A DNA stretch of 64,000 nt from Escherichia coli (GTDB lineage: Bacteria > Pseudomonadota > Gammaproteobacteria > Enterobacterales > Enterobacteriaceae), in assembly GCF_024502345.1 (NCBI RefSeq), contig NZ_JALDNN010000001.1. One strand, given 5' to 3'. Both the position numbers and the translations under genes were made by a program. This document shows positions 26,777 to 38,319 of the stretch, one piece after another. Within the stretch, counting starts at the first letter, position 1. Every line of letters begins with the position of its first letter. The notes under the pieces were generated by a model. That model saw only the letters and a list, made by a program, of their open reading frames with translations. It was not told the origin of the DNA and made no database searches.

Positions 26777-27232
26777 TTATTCGCTACGGCGGGCAATAAT
26801 TTTTAGCGCAGCAATATTATGCGTTTTACGCCGTAACTGATCGAATCGTCTCATCCCTATTCGCCTGTCAGCAGCACGCAGAATATTCACTAACCCCCAT
26901 TTATCGCTGGTAAATTGTTTTGTTAACAGCTCCGCTTTTGGGGTATCAATATATTCACGCAATAAATCAGAAATTGAACAAATATCCGTCAGGTAAGGAT
27001 ACCAGCAAGTTTCACCGTGAAAATTACGCACTCCACCGTTACCTGCAATAAAGTCTTTCGGGTAATCCCAGATCACGTTTTTATCCAACGTGATCCAATA
27101 ACGCGGTAAATCGGTGCTTCCACCATTTAGGCTGCGCATGGGGTAACGGGTACAGTGAATTTGCAGGTTGATCGTTGGCGTCAGTAAGTCATAGATCTCC
27201 CGCTGTAACTTGCTCCAGGGGCGTTGTGTCAT
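26777..27232 (-). CDS. hypothetical protein, 151 aa, downstream gene of a two-gene cassette at the K-12 ykiA position
   Basis: Track ORF MTQRPWSKLQREIYDLLTPTINLQIHCTRYPM...; ATG overlaps the upstream ORF stop (ATGA at 27229-27232); no family recognised from sequence. Confidence 0.6.
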   Translation of the reverse strand: MTQRPWSKLQREIYDLLTPTINLQIHCTRYPMRSLNGGSTDLPRYWITLDKNVIWDYPKDFIAGNGGVRNFHGETCWYPYLTDICSISDLLREYIDTPKAELLTKQFTSDKWGLVNILRAADRRIGMRRFDQLRRKTHNIAALKIIARRSE

Positions 27233-27510
27233 TGTTTTTCCTCAAGCCGGTGACGCGCTTCACTGCGAATTTTCCGCATTGCCCCGGTTTTCACTAAATC
27301 CCGTAACAGCGAAAGATCGGGTTGTTCGACAAATAAGAGTAATGATGGATCCTCTTTTAACCACGTCGTTTTCACATCGGCAGCGAGCTGTGGATTATTC
27401 ATAGCTAGCGACCGATGCCGAGACTCGGTCAATGTCGTTAACAACGACGCCGGGGTATGTGCGTTGCGTAATGCCGTTTGGCGCAAATGATCATTGCGAC
27501 TTTGCAGCAA
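27229..27510 (-). CDS. hypothetical protein, 93 aa, upstream gene of the two-gene cassette
   Basis: Track ORF MLQSRNDHLRQTALRNAHTPASLLTTLTESRH...; translationally coupled to the 151 aa ORF; AT-rich 5' region 27511-27675. Confidence 0.55.
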   Translation of the reverse strand: MLQSRNDHLRQTALRNAHTPASLLTTLTESRHRSLAMNNPQLAADVKTTWLKEDPSLLLFVEQPDLSLLRDLVKTGAMRKIRSEARHRLEEKQ

Positions 27511-27717
27511 TGCACGCCACCATTCATCATCTGATTTATCTTTTATCGTAGCCAGTTCCGCAACAATATCTGGAGATCTTCACTGATATTTATATCAACC
27601 TTGATAAATTATGAATATATCGGAAATTGAAAAAATCGCAGCAAAGGAAATATTATTATGGGTTAAAGAAAGGATATTTCAGAAAAATGCCCTCCCGTTC
27701 AAGGGGAAGGCGAGGAA

Positions 27718-28002
27718 TTACAGATAGCGGCACAGATAAGAGGTGGGTTCGGCAACTTGCAGATGAAACTCACTGTGACCGGGAACATTAAACACCGAAC
27801 CGGCTTCATACACCTGCCAGTCGGTCGCGTCAGGCAGTAACACATTCAGCGCGCCACTGATTACCGTCATCTCTTCCGGCTCAGCGGTGCTGAAGGTGTA
27901 TTCGCCTTCAACCATAACACCCACGCTGGCGCGACCAGTGCTGCTGCTGGAAAAGCCGATTGATTTCACTTTGCCGGAAAAGTACTCATTACTTTGAAGC
28001 AT
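27718..28002 (-). CDS. ppnP: pyrimidine/purine nucleoside phosphorylase PpnP
   Basis: Track ORF 94 aa, [37 protein letters not shown]... Confidence 0.9.
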
Positions 28003-28073
28003 AAACTGGCCCTGTCTGGTAGTTGAACATCTACTTCACTATAGGGGCCAGAGGCGCTGGCTGTCACGCAAAA

Positions 28074-28751
28074 TTACACCAGTAATTCCGCAGCCAGCCG
28101 TGCAATCAATACGTTAGACAGCAAGACAGGAACATCGAGCTGTTTTTGCAGTAAATCGCGATGACGTTGGTGAAATCCTAAACAATCCAGCATGATGACA
28201 TCAGCCCCTTTTGCCAGTAATTCTTTCCCGGCATCAATGATTTTTTGTTCTGAATCATGAATGGGGTTACCCAATGAAAATACCGGCGATTTCTGCAAAA
28301 TTTGCCATTTTTGCGCCTGAACGGTCAGCATCTCCTCAACCGGTACGATAACCCCCACCTGATGATCTTCAACAATAGAGGAAACCAGCGGTGGCAATAT
28401 CCGCGACGGCTCAAGAAAGATCGTATTACGCGCAGTCATACTACTAATGTTTGCCGTACTCATTAATATAATGACGTCATAACCCTGATTATCGAGCACT
28501 TCAACCACACCTTGCAGGTCACGCTCTACTTTGCGACGCGAAACATGGGCCAGATGGTTGTCATTTAATAATGTGAGAATTGTGTCTTCGCCTGCTTCTG
28601 GCGCGTACTCCGCCATCACTTCTTCGCGGCTTAACTTCCCCAGCAGGCTATGATGGGAAATATTATCTTCGTCAATGTATTCTGTCAGGAGCGGCAAAAC
28701 TTCCTGCATAGGTACAATGCCGATGGTCAGGATCGCCAACGACGCACTCAT
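28074..28751 (-). CDS. aroM: protein AroM
   Basis: Track ORF 225 aa, [25 protein letters not shown]...; last gene of the aroL-yaiA-aroM arrangement. Confidence 0.9.
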   Translation of the reverse strand: MSASLAILTIGIVPMQEVLPLLTEYIDEDNISHHSLLGKLSREEVMAEYAPEAGEDTILTLLNDNHLAHVSRRKVERDLQGVVEVLDNQGYDVIILMSTANISSMTARNTIFLEPSRILPPLVSSIVEDHQVGVIVPVEEMLTVQAQKWQILQKSPVFSLGNPIHDSEQKIIDAGKELLAKGADVIMLDCLGFHQRHRDLLQKQLDVPVLLSNVLIARLAAELLV

Positions 28752-29008
28752 TGTTCTTCCACCTTACTTTTATTTCGTCGTTAATTACCGGGCAAGTGTT
28801 AAGCACCACTGCTGACACTTACTTGTGCTACAAATGACAAAAAGCGTAGCAGCAGACGTGCACGGCATAATGTAAAGATTCCAAATGATTCCAGTAATGG
28901 ATTGTTATTGTTTAATATTCTAATTATTTGAAAAACATGAATTATGAAAAATGTGACGCAGATCCCTTGTAGTGGCACTCAGAATCCCTTCCGAGCAGTC
29001 TGATGCGG

Positions 29009-29209
<201 letters not shown>

Positions 29210-29249
29210 TTATTTCACGGGATGAACGTTAAGTATAGGCGCTCGAAAA

Positions 29250-29774
29250 TCAACAATTGATCGTCTGTGCCAGGGCGCTGCGAATTTCAGAAATCACCTG
29301 GCTGGGTTCGTTTGTTGCGTCGATGATAATATGCGCAACTTCGCGATATAGCGCATCGCGTTCTTCCAGCACTTCCTGAACTTCTTCGCTCAGCGGTTTT
29401 CCCGTTAAGGTTGGCCGTAAATCTTCTTCCGGTGCAGCTTGCAGTCGGTTAACCAGGACTGATACTGGCGCACACAAATAAACCACGATCCCGTTATTTT
29501 GCATGAAGTGACGATTAAATTCCGTCAGAATAATGCCGCCGCCTGTAGCGATAACGGTGGATGGCGCAGTTACCGCTTCCAGCGCCGCCGTTTCTCTGGC
29601 TCGGAATCCCGCCCACTCTTCCCTTTCGACGATCTCCGCGACCGTCATATTGAGCTGTGATTGCAACCACTGATCGGTATCGACAAACCGACGGTTAAGC
29701 GAATCGGCAAGGGCCATTCCGACCGTTGTTTTACCACAGCCCCGAGGCCCGATCAGAAAAAGAGGTTGTGTCAT
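29250..29774 (-). CDS. aroL: shikimate kinase II
   Basis: Track ORF 174 aa, [26 protein letters not shown]... with P-loop GPRGCGKTT. Confidence 0.95.
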
Positions 29775-29937
29775 CGTGGGTTTTCCCCAATAGGTCGCAA
29801 TGCGGCGAAAGCCGGTGTCATGAGAATAGCGATCATACCATCAAACTAGTACAATTTCGATTGTAAAGAAAAAATTCCACTTAAAGTGAAAATCTCAATA
29901 CATCCCTTACTATACCAATAAATATTCAAGAATGAAG

Positions 29938-29955
29938 TGTAAATAATAAATTACA
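29938..29955 (-). promoter_or_regulatory. TyrR box in the aroL regulatory region
   Basis: TGTAAATAATAAATTACA matches the TyrR consensus TGTAAA-N6-TTTACA; a weaker TGTAAAGAAAAAATTCCA lies at 29862-29879 and an ACTAGTACA TrpR-like half-site near 29845. Confidence 0.65.
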
Positions 29956-29956
29956 T

Positions 29957-30415
29957 TTAGCCACGACTACGTTGCACTTCCAGCCACCACTTCTCCAGCT
30001 CCGCGGCAAATGCCTGGCGGTCACGTTGTGAAAGGCTATCTGGTCCGCCAGTCTGGATCCCACTGGCACGTAAGGTATCCATAAAATCGCGCATCGTCAG
30101 GCGCTCACGAATGGTCGCTGGCGTGTAACGTTCACCGCGCGGATTAAGCGCCGCAGCGCCTTTCTCGATGGCTTCAGCAGCCAAAGGTATATCTGCGGTG
30201 ATCACCAAATCGCCCGCTTCACACTGCCGGACAATTTCGTTATCGGCAACGTCGAAACCTGCCGCGACGCGCAGCGTACGAATAAATCGCGATGGCGGCA
30301 CGCGTAAACTCTGGTTTGCTACCAGTACCAGCGGCATCTGCATACGTTCCGCCGCGCGATACAAAATCTCTTTAATTACATTGGGACACGCGTCGGCGTC
30401 CACCCAAATTGTCAT
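29957..30415 (-). CDS. yaiI: UPF0178 family protein YaiI
   Basis: Track ORF 29957..30535; recognised N-terminus [24 protein letters not shown] gives 152 aa. Confidence 0.85.
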   Translation of the reverse strand: MTIWVDADACPNVIKEILYRAAERMQMPLVLVANQSLRVPPSRFIRTLRVAAGFDVADNEIVRQCEAGDLVITADIPLAAEAIEKGAAALNPRGERYTPATIRERLTMRDFMDTLRASGIQTGGPDSLSQRDRQAFAAELEKWWLEVQRSRG

Positions 30416-30534
30416 AAAGTCATCCTTTGTTGGGTAATCCTCTATTGTGTCGCGCTTTTGCCTTCCGGCATAGTTCTGTTTATGCTTCTGCCAGCGATTA
30501 TCAAAACAATGAATTTCACGGCAGGAGTGAGGCA

Positions 30535-31344
30535 ATGGAAAAGAAAATCGGTTTTATTGGCTGCGGCAATATGGGAAAAGCCATTCTCGGCGGTCTGATT
30601 GCCAGCGGTCAGGTGCTTCCAGGGCAAATCTGGGTATATACCCCCTCCCCGGATAAAGTCGCCGCCCTGCATGACCAGTTCGGCATCAACGCCGCAGAAT
30701 CGGCGCAAGAAGTGGCGCAAATCGCCGACATCATTTTTGCTGCCGTTAAACCTGGCATCATGATTAAAGTGCTTAGCGAAATCACCTCCAGCCTGAATAA
30801 AGACTCTCTGGTCGTTTCTATTGCTGCAGGTGTCACGCTCGACCAGCTTGCCCGCGCGCTGGGCCATGACCGGAAAATTATCCGCGCCATGCCGAACACT
30901 CCCGCGCTGGTTAATGCCGGGATGACCTCGGTAACGCCAAACGCGCTGGTAACCCCAGAAGATACCGCTGATGTGCTGAATATTTTCCGCTGCTTTGGCG
31001 AAGCGGAAGTAATTGCTGAGCCGATGCTCCACCCGGTGGTCGGTGTGAGCGGTTCTTCGCCAGCCTACGTATTTATGTTTATCGAAGCGATGGCCGACGC
31101 CGCCGTGCTGGGCGGGATGCCACGCGCCCAGGCGTATAAATTTGCCGCTCAGGCAGTAATGGGTTCCGCAAAAATGGTGCTGGAAACGGGAGAACATCCG
31201 GGGGCACTGAAAGATATGGTCTGCTCACCGGGAGGCACCACCATTGAAGCGGTACGCGTACTGGAAGAGAAAGGCTTCCGTGCTGCAGTGATCGAAGCGA
31301 TGACGAAGTGTATGGAAAAATCAGAAAAACTCAGCAAATCCTGA
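30535..31344 (+). CDS. proC: pyrroline-5-carboxylate reductase
   Basis: Track ORF 30427..31344; recognised N-terminus [21 protein letters not shown] (NAD-binding GxGxxG) at 30535 gives 269 aa. Confidence 0.95.
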   Translation: MEKKIGFIGCGNMGKAILGGLIASGQVLPGQIWVYTPSPDKVAALHDQFGINAAESAQEVAQIADIIFAAVKPGIMIKVLSEITSSLNKDSLVVSIAAGVTLDQLARALGHDRKIIRAMPNTPALVNAGMTSVTPNALVTPEDTADVLNIFRCFGEAEVIAEPMLHPVVGVSGSSPAYVFMFIEAMADAAVLGGMPRAQAYKFAAQAVMGSAKMVLETGEHPGALKDMVCSPGGTTIEAVRVLEEKGFRAAVIEAMTKCMEKSEKLSKS

Positions 31345-31360
31345 TGACTTTCGCCGGACG

Positions 31361-32476
31361 TCAGGCCGCCACTTCGGTGCGGTTACGTCCGGCTTTCTTT
31401 GCTTTGTAAAGCGCCAAATCTGCCGATTTCAACCACTCACGATAGTGACTCATTTGTGGGTTCAGCGGCGCAACCCCCACACTAATCCGTAAAGTTACCT
31501 GTGGCGTATTCGGCAAACGTAATGTATTTAGCCCTTCATGCACCCGTAACATGGCGGTAATGGCGCTCTCAGCTGGCGTACCGGACATGATTACTGCAAA
31601 CTCATCGCCGCCAAACCGACCAATCACATCGCTACCGCGCAGGGTAATTTGTAACTGTCGGGTAAGCGCCACAATCGCTTCATCGCCCACATCATGGCCC
31701 CAGGTATCGTTGATGCTCTTGAAATGGTCGATATCGATAATCAGTAACGTTGCATCGCGATTATGCCGCCGACAGTTATCAAATTCATTGCGTAACATAG
31801 TTTCCCAATGACGTCGGTTATACACGCCCGTCATGCCGTCGCGGGTACTCATGACCTGCAACCTGCGTTTATGTTCCGCCAGTTTGGTTGCCGTCTGGTA
31901 GCTGACCCAGCCAAACAGCAGAGGATAAATGACAATAATGGGAAGGGAGAGCCACCATTCCAGCGGCGCACTATTGAACGACACGGTAATGCCCGTCAGC
32001 TCGAGGGTGACAAGGCAGGAAACCACCATCAACACCAGACCCGCGACAAACAGACGGGGGCCGCCTGCCCCCATCAAATTCAGACACATAATCATCAACA
32101 TCGCGGTGGAAGGCAGCACGTTTACGCCCATTACGCCTACCCACATTCCCGCTAATACTGCATCGGTTTTTAAGTTGTAAATTTCCCGGCTAAGCGGATC
32201 GACGGCCCTGCTCGCTATCTGCCAGGCTAAATGCGGCCAGACGAACGCCCAGCCGACCAACACCAGCCACCACCAGCCCGGCGGCGGGTGCGAAACCAGC
32301 GTTGAAGCAATCGGTAAGAACATGCCAGCCAGGCCAACCGCGCGGGGTAGTCTGACGCGACGGGCGAAGCGCAGCCCGGACCGCTGATGTTCGTTTTGAG
32401 GAGTTAAAGGAGGTTCCTCCCCGTGCGCCGCCGCTTTTTTGAAAAAGTTTTCATCATTCATTATTTTTGGGAACAT
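31361..32476 (-). CDS. dgcC: diguanylate cyclase DgcC (AdrA)
   Basis: Track ORF 371 aa; N-terminal MASE2-like membrane region and C-terminal GGDEF domain (RFGGDEF present). Confidence 0.9.
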   Translation of the reverse strand: MFPKIMNDENFFKKAAAHGEEPPLTPQNEHQRSGLRFARRVRLPRAVGLAGMFLPIASTLVSHPPPGWWWLVLVGWAFVWPHLAWQIASRAVDPLSREIYNLKTDAVLAGMWVGVMGVNVLPSTAMLMIMCLNLMGAGGPRLFVAGLVLMVVSCLVTLELTGITVSFNSAPLEWWLSLPIIVIYPLLFGWVSYQTATKLAEHKRRLQVMSTRDGMTGVYNRRHWETMLRNEFDNCRRHNRDATLLIIDIDHFKSINDTWGHDVGDEAIVALTRQLQITLRGSDVIGRFGGDEFAVIMSGTPAESAITAMLRVHEGLNTLRLPNTPQVTLRISVGVAPLNPQMSHYREWLKSADLALYKAKKAGRNRTEVAA

Positions 32477-32577
32477 TCAGAAACAATTTTCCCAAATTAT
32501 AGAGACGGGGCTAAAGGCAGAAGTATGAAATTTCGGGTGAGCCATTTTAGTAGCTCACCCGTTAGCACTATCAGGTA

Positions 32578-32898
32578 TCAGGCGGCTTTCTTGAGGCAGG
32601 CGCTCATAAACTTATTACGATCATCACCTTTCAGTGATTGTTGCGTTGCTTGATTATTACATTCGCGCATCTTTTGCTGCTGTGGCGTCAAACTTTTTTC
32701 ACCAGGCGCAGACTTGCTGTTCTTCAGGCAATCACTCATGTAGGTCTTACGAGCATCCCCTTTCAACGCCTGTGCCGTCGCCTGCTGATTACAGGAGGTC
32801 ATACGCTGTTGTTGTGGGGTTAAGGTTCTCTCGGCAGCGCCGACGGTGGTTAAAAAAACCAGACCGAAAAGCAAGGTAACCAGTAATGTAATTTTCAT
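32578..32898 (-). CDS. psiF: phosphate starvation-inducible protein PsiF
   Basis: Track ORF 32578..32916; MKITLLVTLLFGLVFLTTVGAAE... signal peptide; tandem-duplicated LTPQQQ(R/K)M..CN.QAT motif; directly downstream of phoA. Confidence 0.9.
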   Translation of the reverse strand: MKITLLVTLLFGLVFLTTVGAAERTLTPQQQRMTSCNQQATAQALKGDARKTYMSDCLKNSKSAPGEKSLTPQQQKMRECNNQATQQSLKGDDRNKFMSACLKKAA

Positions 32899-32971
32899 AG
32901 CACCATCCCTCTTCATGTTTTAACCATGAGCGTATGCGCCCGTGATCTGCCATTAAGTCTGGTTGCTAACA

Positions 32972-33010
32972 GCAAAAAAACCACCCGGCAGCGAAAATTC
33001 ACTGCCGGGC
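32972..33010 (-). terminator. rho-independent terminator after phoA
   Basis: Minus-strand hairpin CCCGGCAGTGAATTTTCGCTGCCGGG followed by TGGTTTTTTTGCT. Confidence 0.7.
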
Positions 33011-33016
33011 GCGGTT

Positions 33017-34432
33017 TTATTTCAGCCCCAGAGCGGCTTTCATGGTGTAGAAGAGATCGGTCTGGTCGGTCAGTCCAACGACATTGGCGGCATGCGGGCC
33101 ATACGCCGCAATACGCAACTGACTGCCGGTATGTTCTTGTGAATCCTCTTCGGAGTTCCCGTAACTCATCACCATCACTGCGCCATCTTTGGTATTTAGC
33201 GCCTGGGTGAGGCCCGGAGCTTTGGTATCTGGCGCAACAATCTGGCTGGCGTGGGCGTGATCAGCGGTGACTATGACCAGCGTGTTACCATCCTTTTTGG
33301 CGAATTCCAGCGCCCGTTGTACGGCTTCATCGAGATCGACCGTCTCGCCAATTTGCCCACAAGGATTCGCAGCATGATCCTGTTTATCGATTGACGCACC
33401 TTCAACTTGCAGGAAAAAGCCTTTCTCATTTTTACTCAACAATTCAATGGCTTTGTCGGTCATCTGTGCCAGGGTCGGTACACTGTCATTACGTTGCGGA
33501 TTAGGCGTACAGGTGACTGCGGGCTTATCGATATTACCGTGGTACGTTGCTTTCGGTCCTAGCCAGCGCACTGGCATATTGCCGTCAGCAAACAGGCCAA
33601 GCAGGGGTTTTTGCTGATTCGCTTCCGTCACCGAATTCAGTGAGGCAGCATCGCTCACCAACTGATAACCACGCGCCTGTGCCTGTTCACGCAGCGTTTT
33701 TCCCTGCCATTCACCAGCGGTTGCCGTTTCAGCAAAGGTTTTTGCGCCGCCGCCAAGCGTAACGTCGGCACGAGCGTTAAGCAGCTGTTCGGTAATCGAT
33801 CCTTTTCCGCCTTTTTCCAGAGCGTTACCCGGACATTTTTCACTGGTCGCGCTCGGACCGTAGCATTTGCGCGAGGTCACATGCGCCACCAGCGCGGCGG
33901 GCGTGGCATCCTGCAACTCTGCGGTAGAAACGTTACCGGTCGCCAGACCTGCGGCTTTTGCCATTTCCAGAATCGTTGGGTGATCTTTTTCGTGAATATC
34001 GACGCCCAGCGCGCCGTTATAGGTTTTGACACCGGTTGACCAGGCGGTTGCTGATGCAGCCGAGTCGGTGACGTAGTCCGGTTTGCCGGTTTTTTTATTC
34101 AGCGCATAGTGAGTGTATTGCCCGGTAAGCGGTAAGGCATCGATACCTTTAAAAAAGCCGCCCGCACCTTCGGCATAATTACGTGCGGCAGTAATTTCCG
34201 AATCCCCCATCCCATCGCCAATCAGCAAAATAATATTTTTTGCTGGTTTATCGCTAAGAGAATCACGCAGAGCGGCGGTCTGATCAGCCGTTAAGCGGCG
34301 AGCACCGCCGGGTGCAGTAATATCGCCCTGAGCAGCCCGGTTTTCCAGAACAGGCATTTCTGATGTCCGGGCTTTTGTCACAGGGGTAAACAGTAACGGT
34401 AAGAGTGCCAGTGCAATAGTGCTTTGTTTCAC
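33017..34432 (-). CDS. phoA: alkaline phosphatase
   Basis: Track ORF 33017..34501; recognised precursor N-terminus (V)[20 protein letters not shown] from a GTG at 34432 gives 471 aa; active-site region DSAASATAW. Confidence 0.95.
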   Translation of the reverse strand: MKQSTIALALLPLLFTPVTKARTSEMPVLENRAAQGDITAPGGARRLTADQTAALRDSLSDKPAKNIILLIGDGMGDSEITAARNYAEGAGGFFKGIDALPLTGQYTHYALNKKTGKPDYVTDSAASATAWSTGVKTYNGALGVDIHEKDHPTILEMAKAAGLATGNVSTAELQDATPAALVAHVTSRKCYGPSATSEKCPGNALEKGGKGSITEQLLNARADVTLGGGAKTFAETATAGEWQGKTLREQAQARGYQLVSDAASLNSVTEANQQKPLLGLFADGNMPVRWLGPKATYHGNIDKPAVTCTPNPQRNDSVPTLAQMTDKAIELLSKNEKGFFLQVEGASIDKQDHAANPCGQIGETVDLDEAVQRALEFAKKDGNTLVIVTADHAHASQIVAPDTKAPGLTQALNTKDGAVMVMSYGNSEEDSQEHTGSQLRIAAYGPHAANVVGLTDQTDLFYTMKAALGLK

Positions 34433-34493
34433 TTTATTTTCTCCATGTACAAATACATCAAAAAATAAAAACAAAGCGACTATAAGTCTCGGC

Positions 34494-34512
34494 CATGACA
34501 ACTTTATGACAG
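34494..34512 (-). promoter_or_regulatory. Pho box of the phoA promoter
   Basis: Minus strand reads CTGTCATAAAGTTGTCA, the classical PhoB-binding direct repeat, about 65 bp upstream of the phoA start. Confidence 0.8.
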
Positions 34513-34532
34513 CTGTTGAAAAGATTAACTTT

Positions 34533-34793
34533 TTACTGACGAGGATGCTTCAATAACTTCTTTACGTAATCGCGCAGCAGCTCCGTATCGTCGTCAGGAA
34601 TGCTGGCATCGGGCTTTACCTCGTACAGCGCCCCCTCTACCTGATCAATCAACCGTTGTTGGTCATTTTGCGCCATATTGCGAAGCATTGCAGTGACGAT
34701 AATCTCCAAAGCTTCTACCTGCGCATACAGTTCTTTCGACTCTTCTTCTTTTTGGGCAAGCTTAAATAACAACTCAGCAATGAGATTTTTCAT
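34533..34793 (-). CDS. iraP: anti-adaptor protein IraP
   Basis: Track ORF 86 aa, [33 protein letters not shown]... Confidence 0.9.
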   Translation of the reverse strand: MKNLIAELLFKLAQKEEESKELYAQVEALEIIVTAMLRNMAQNDQQRLIDQVEGALYEVKPDASIPDDDTELLRDYVKKLLKHPRQ

Positions 34794-35255
34794 GTCTGTA
34801 TTTCCTTATCCAAAGTATGGAGAAGTTAACATTATGTTTCACAACTTCATAGTGTCTGGAAGTATTATTTTTATGACAAAGGAAATACTTTGCGCAAATA
34901 TTTTTTGTTTGATTACCAGCGAAACGTTTCTCTTATTTAAATAATTACACACACAAAATATAGGCTTTTAATTATCAACTTTTATTATAAATAAAAGTTA
35001 TGAAATATATTCTCTTCGTTAACTTATAATTAAGAGAAAAAAACTCACCGCATGGCCATTTAAGCCAGGAATAAATTAGCTTCCCGTTCATCATTTTTGT
35101 GATCTTGCGCACATCTTTGAGATGACGCACTTTCTTCACCAGTACGTTGCACGCTTTGTCAGCAGAAGATTGCAACAATCTTTCAGAAGGCCGCGAATCC
35201 CCCGTTTTGTCGTGGTAATGTATGCACTTTGTGTTAGACGGGATAGGTTTTTAAG

Positions 35256-36350
35256 ATGGAAAAACTGCGGGTAGGAATCGTTTTTGGTGGTAAATCAGCG
35301 GAACATGAAGTGTCTCTGCAATCGGCAAAAAACATTGTCGATGCCATTGATAAAAGTCGCTTCGACGTTGTGCTGCTGGGCATTGATAAACAAGGGCAAT
35401 GGCACGTCAGCGATGCCAGCAATTATCTGCTAAATGCAGACGATCCTGCCCATATTGCGTTGCGCCCTTCGGCGACCAGCCTCGCCCAGGTGCCAGGTAA
35501 ACATGAGCATCAGCTTATCGACGCGCAAAACGGTCAGCCGTTGCCGACGGTGGATGTCATTTTCCCGATTGTCCACGGTACGCTGGGCGAAGATGGTTCC
35601 TTGCAGGGAATGCTGCGGGTCGCCAATTTACCGTTTGTAGGTTCTGATGTTCTGGCTTCAGCAGCCTGTATGGATAAAGATGTCACCAAACGTCTGCTAC
35701 GCGATGCCGGGCTGAACATTGCGCCATTTATTACCCTGACGCGCGCTAATCGTCACAACATCAGTTTTGCCGAAGTGGAGTCTAAACTGGGGTTACCACT
35801 GTTTGTAAAACCGGCTAATCAGGGCTCTTCTGTTGGTGTCAGCAAAGTAACCAGTGAAGAACAGTACGCAATTGCCGTCGATCTGGCGTTCGAGTTCGAT
35901 CATAAAGTGATCGTTGAGCAAGGGATCAAAGGTCGTGAGATCGAATGCGCAGTTCTGGGCAACGACAATCCGCAAGCCAGCACCTGTGGCGAGATCGTAC
36001 TCACCAGCGATTTCTATGCCTACGACACCAAGTACATTGACGAAGATGGCGCGAAAGTGGTAGTTCCGGCAGCCATTGCGCCAGAAATCAACGATAAGAT
36101 CCGGGCGATTGCCGTTCAGGCTTATCAGACGTTGGGATGCGCAGGCATGGCGCGTGTAGACGTGTTTTTAACCCCAGAGAACGAAGTGGTGATCAACGAG
36201 ATCAACACACTGCCTGGCTTCACCAACATCAGTATGTATCCGAAGCTGTGGCAAGCCAGCGGTCTGGGTTACACCGATCTGATCACACGTTTGATTGAGC
36301 TGGCGCTGGAGCGTCACGCTGCGGATAACGCATTGAAAACCACAATGTAA
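35256..36350 (+). CDS. ddlA: D-alanine--D-alanine ligase A
   Basis: Track ORF 364 aa, [38 protein letters not shown]...; ATP-grasp fold. Confidence 0.95.
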   Translation: MEKLRVGIVFGGKSAEHEVSLQSAKNIVDAIDKSRFDVVLLGIDKQGQWHVSDASNYLLNADDPAHIALRPSATSLAQVPGKHEHQLIDAQNGQPLPTVDVIFPIVHGTLGEDGSLQGMLRVANLPFVGSDVLASAACMDKDVTKRLLRDAGLNIAPFITLTRANRHNISFAEVESKLGLPLFVKPANQGSSVGVSKVTSEEQYAIAVDLAFEFDHKVIVEQGIKGREIECAVLGNDNPQASTCGEIVLTSDFYAYDTKYIDEDGAKVVVPAAIAPEINDKIRAIAVQAYQTLGCAGMARVDVFLTPENEVVINEINTLPGFTNISMYPKLWQASGLGYTDLITRLIELALERHAADNALKTTM

Positions 36351-36357
36351 TATTTTA

Positions 36358-36390
36358 ACGCCCGATAATATTCTTATTGGGCGTTTTCAG
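36358..36390. terminator. bidirectional rho-independent terminator between ddlA and yaiZ
   Basis: Hairpin AACGCCCGATAATATTCTTATTGGGCGTT flanked by A/T runs on both sides between convergent genes. Confidence 0.55.
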
Positions 36391-36586
36391 TTTCTTCATC
36401 GCGACGACGAATAATCAACCCCGCCAGCCAGAAACTAATCACCCACGTCACCAGACCGACGGCATAGGTCTGCCAACCTTTTGCTTCAAATCCCAGTAAC
36501 CCCACCACGCCATTAAGAATGAATATAAGGCCAATGGCGAACGCATAGTAGTGCCAGTCACGGCGGATTTTTACAGGCAGATTCAT
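36374..36586 (-). CDS. yaiZ: small inner membrane protein YaiZ
   Basis: Track ORF 36374..36718; recognised N-terminus MNLPVKIRRDWHYYAFAIGLIFILNG gives 70 aa with two hydrophobic helices; the start could be further upstream. Confidence 0.7.
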   Translation of the reverse strand: MNLPVKIRRDWHYYAFAIGLIFILNGVVGLLGFEAKGWQTYAVGLVTWVISFWLAGLIIRRRDEETENAQ

Positions 36587-36845
36587 GGCAGCTCCGTTAA
36601 CGAAAAACAACATCCTTGCATATTCTGTAACAACCGTCTGTGGTGTAGACAACATTTTCGTAATTGTTAATAAATTTAACTTAAGGTTGCCATTTTGTGA
36701 CTCACAACGAAGATTCACGCTTCGGGAATATTCCCAACATCAATTTACCATGATTCTGATATTGACAATCTAAATGACCTGTCAGACTTGCCATAAGCCG
36801 CTGGTATCACACCAGAAGAGAAGCAGATGACTTCCGGAGGTTTTT

Positions 36846-37154
36846 ATGGCTGATTTCACCCTGTCAAAATCGCTGTTTAGCGGAAAATATCGCAATGCCT
36901 CTTCAACGCCTGGCAACATTGCCTATGCGTTGTTTGTGCTGTTTTGCTTTTGGGCTGGGGCGCAATTGCTGAACCTGTTAGTGCATGCGCCCGGCGTCTA
37001 TGAGCGTTTAATGCAGGTCCAGGAAACAGGTCGCCCACGGGTGGAAATTGGTTTAGGTGTCGGCACCATTTTCGGGCTGATCCCGTTTTTAGTAGGCTGC
37101 CTCATTTTTGCAGTGGTGGCGCTATGGCTGCACTGGCGACATCGCCGCCAGTAA
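36846..37154 (+). CDS. yaiY: inner membrane protein YaiY
   Basis: Track ORF 102 aa, [38 protein letters not shown]...; two predicted TM helices. Confidence 0.85.
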
Positions 37155-37174
37155 GATTTACGTTGCCAGATACG

Positions 37175-37205
37175 GCCTAAAACGCCTTATCTGGCATGAC
37201 ATTCC
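37175..37205. repeat. REP-like palindrome / convergent terminator
   Basis: GCCAGATACGGCCTAAAACGCCTTATCTGGC between the yaiY stop and the yaiW stop. Confidence 0.6.
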
Positions 37206-37212
37206 TGTTTGA

Positions 37213-38307
37213 TCACTGTTTCATACAACGCGCCCGCCGTTCGTCTACGCGCTTCGCAAACCAGGCCGTAGTCAGGTTGCGGGTGATTTTCGGGCTTTCC
37301 AGTTGAATGCCAGGCAACATTTCGCGGGGTAGTGATTTACCCGTTTTCGCTTCGGCAAGTTGATAAACTTTCTTGTACAGCGCCGTCTCCTCAAAAGAGA
37401 AGCTGTCACCTTTCTCTAACTGACGGCGAATTTCGCTGTCGCTCATCCCCAGTTTTCCCGCCAGTTTGCGCGTTGCCAGTTCGGTTTTCCCGGGTTCTTT
37501 ACTGTCGTAACGAATTAAATCACCGTCCAGTGCCAGCTTCACGCCGCTGGCCTTACTGACTGCGTTCTGAAACGCGGCATTACGGCTGGCATACCAGCCA
37601 GCGTTAAAATCAGCAAAGCGGTATATCGGTGCGCTATAGCTGGCGGGATAATTCAGTAAATGGTAAGTACCAAACCACAACCCGCCGCGGCGACTGAAGA
37701 CTTCCTGACGAACTGTACCGTCCATTTTCCACGGATACCCTTTGGTATGCTGTTCGGCAAAAGCAATGCTGACCTGCATCGGCCCACCGGTGCGCACAGG
37801 ATTAAGCGAACCAAACAGCGTCTGCCCCATTGGTACCATGCTGATCAGATCGTCAAAAATCGCGCTCAATTGCTTTTCTGTACGCACCGAATCTAACCGT
37901 TCGCTATAACTTTTGCCGTTTGGCGATTTGATTTTTAGCGCGGTATGAACCAGAAAAGCAGGAATGTGCATCCGTTCAGCACGACGGTCAATCTCTTGCC
38001 AGGCGATCTTGCTTAAGCCCGGAACGGCCGGATCTGCCTGATAATTTGACTCCTGCTGCGCCACCGCCAGCACCGAGCAGACGTTTTCCAGCGTCGGTGC
38101 CAGCCCCTGACTTTCAAAGGTGGTGGCGAGATCTTTCGCCCAGGCATCGCGGTCTTTCACGCTCGCAGGCATCTTCTGCCGCACGACGCTCGCTACATCT
38201 ATCGCTTTTTCGCCCTTTTTCAACGGTTGCGGAGCCTGACTACTACACCCCGCTAAAACCAGAACCGCCAACAATGACAGCGAAGATAGATGATTGACGC
38301 GCGACAT
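37213..38307 (-). CDS. yaiW: lipoprotein YaiW
   Basis: Track ORF 364 aa; signal peptide with lipobox (MSRVNHLSSLSLLAVLVLAGC); directly downstream of sbmA. Confidence 0.9.
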   Translation of the reverse strand: MSRVNHLSSLSLLAVLVLAGCSSQAPQPLKKGEKAIDVASVVRQKMPASVKDRDAWAKDLATTFESQGLAPTLENVCSVLAVAQQESNYQADPAVPGLSKIAWQEIDRRAERMHIPAFLVHTALKIKSPNGKSYSERLDSVRTEKQLSAIFDDLISMVPMGQTLFGSLNPVRTGGPMQVSIAFAEQHTKGYPWKMDGTVRQEVFSRRGGLWFGTYHLLNYPASYSAPIYRFADFNAGWYASRNAAFQNAVSKASGVKLALDGDLIRYDSKEPGKTELATRKLAGKLGMSDSEIRRQLEKGDSFSFEETALYKKVYQLAEAKTGKSLPREMLPGIQLESPKITRNLTTAWFAKRVDERRARCMKQ

Positions 38308-38319
38308 TACTTCTCCTTT

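Noticed and set aside
27676-27705. Terminator hairpin after ppnP (GCCCTCCCGTTCAAGGGGAAGGC)
   Set aside because: Stem is imperfect and I could not pair it convincingly by eye; left unannotated
30442-31197. 251-aa minus-strand ORF
   Set aside because: Antisense to proC; no independent support
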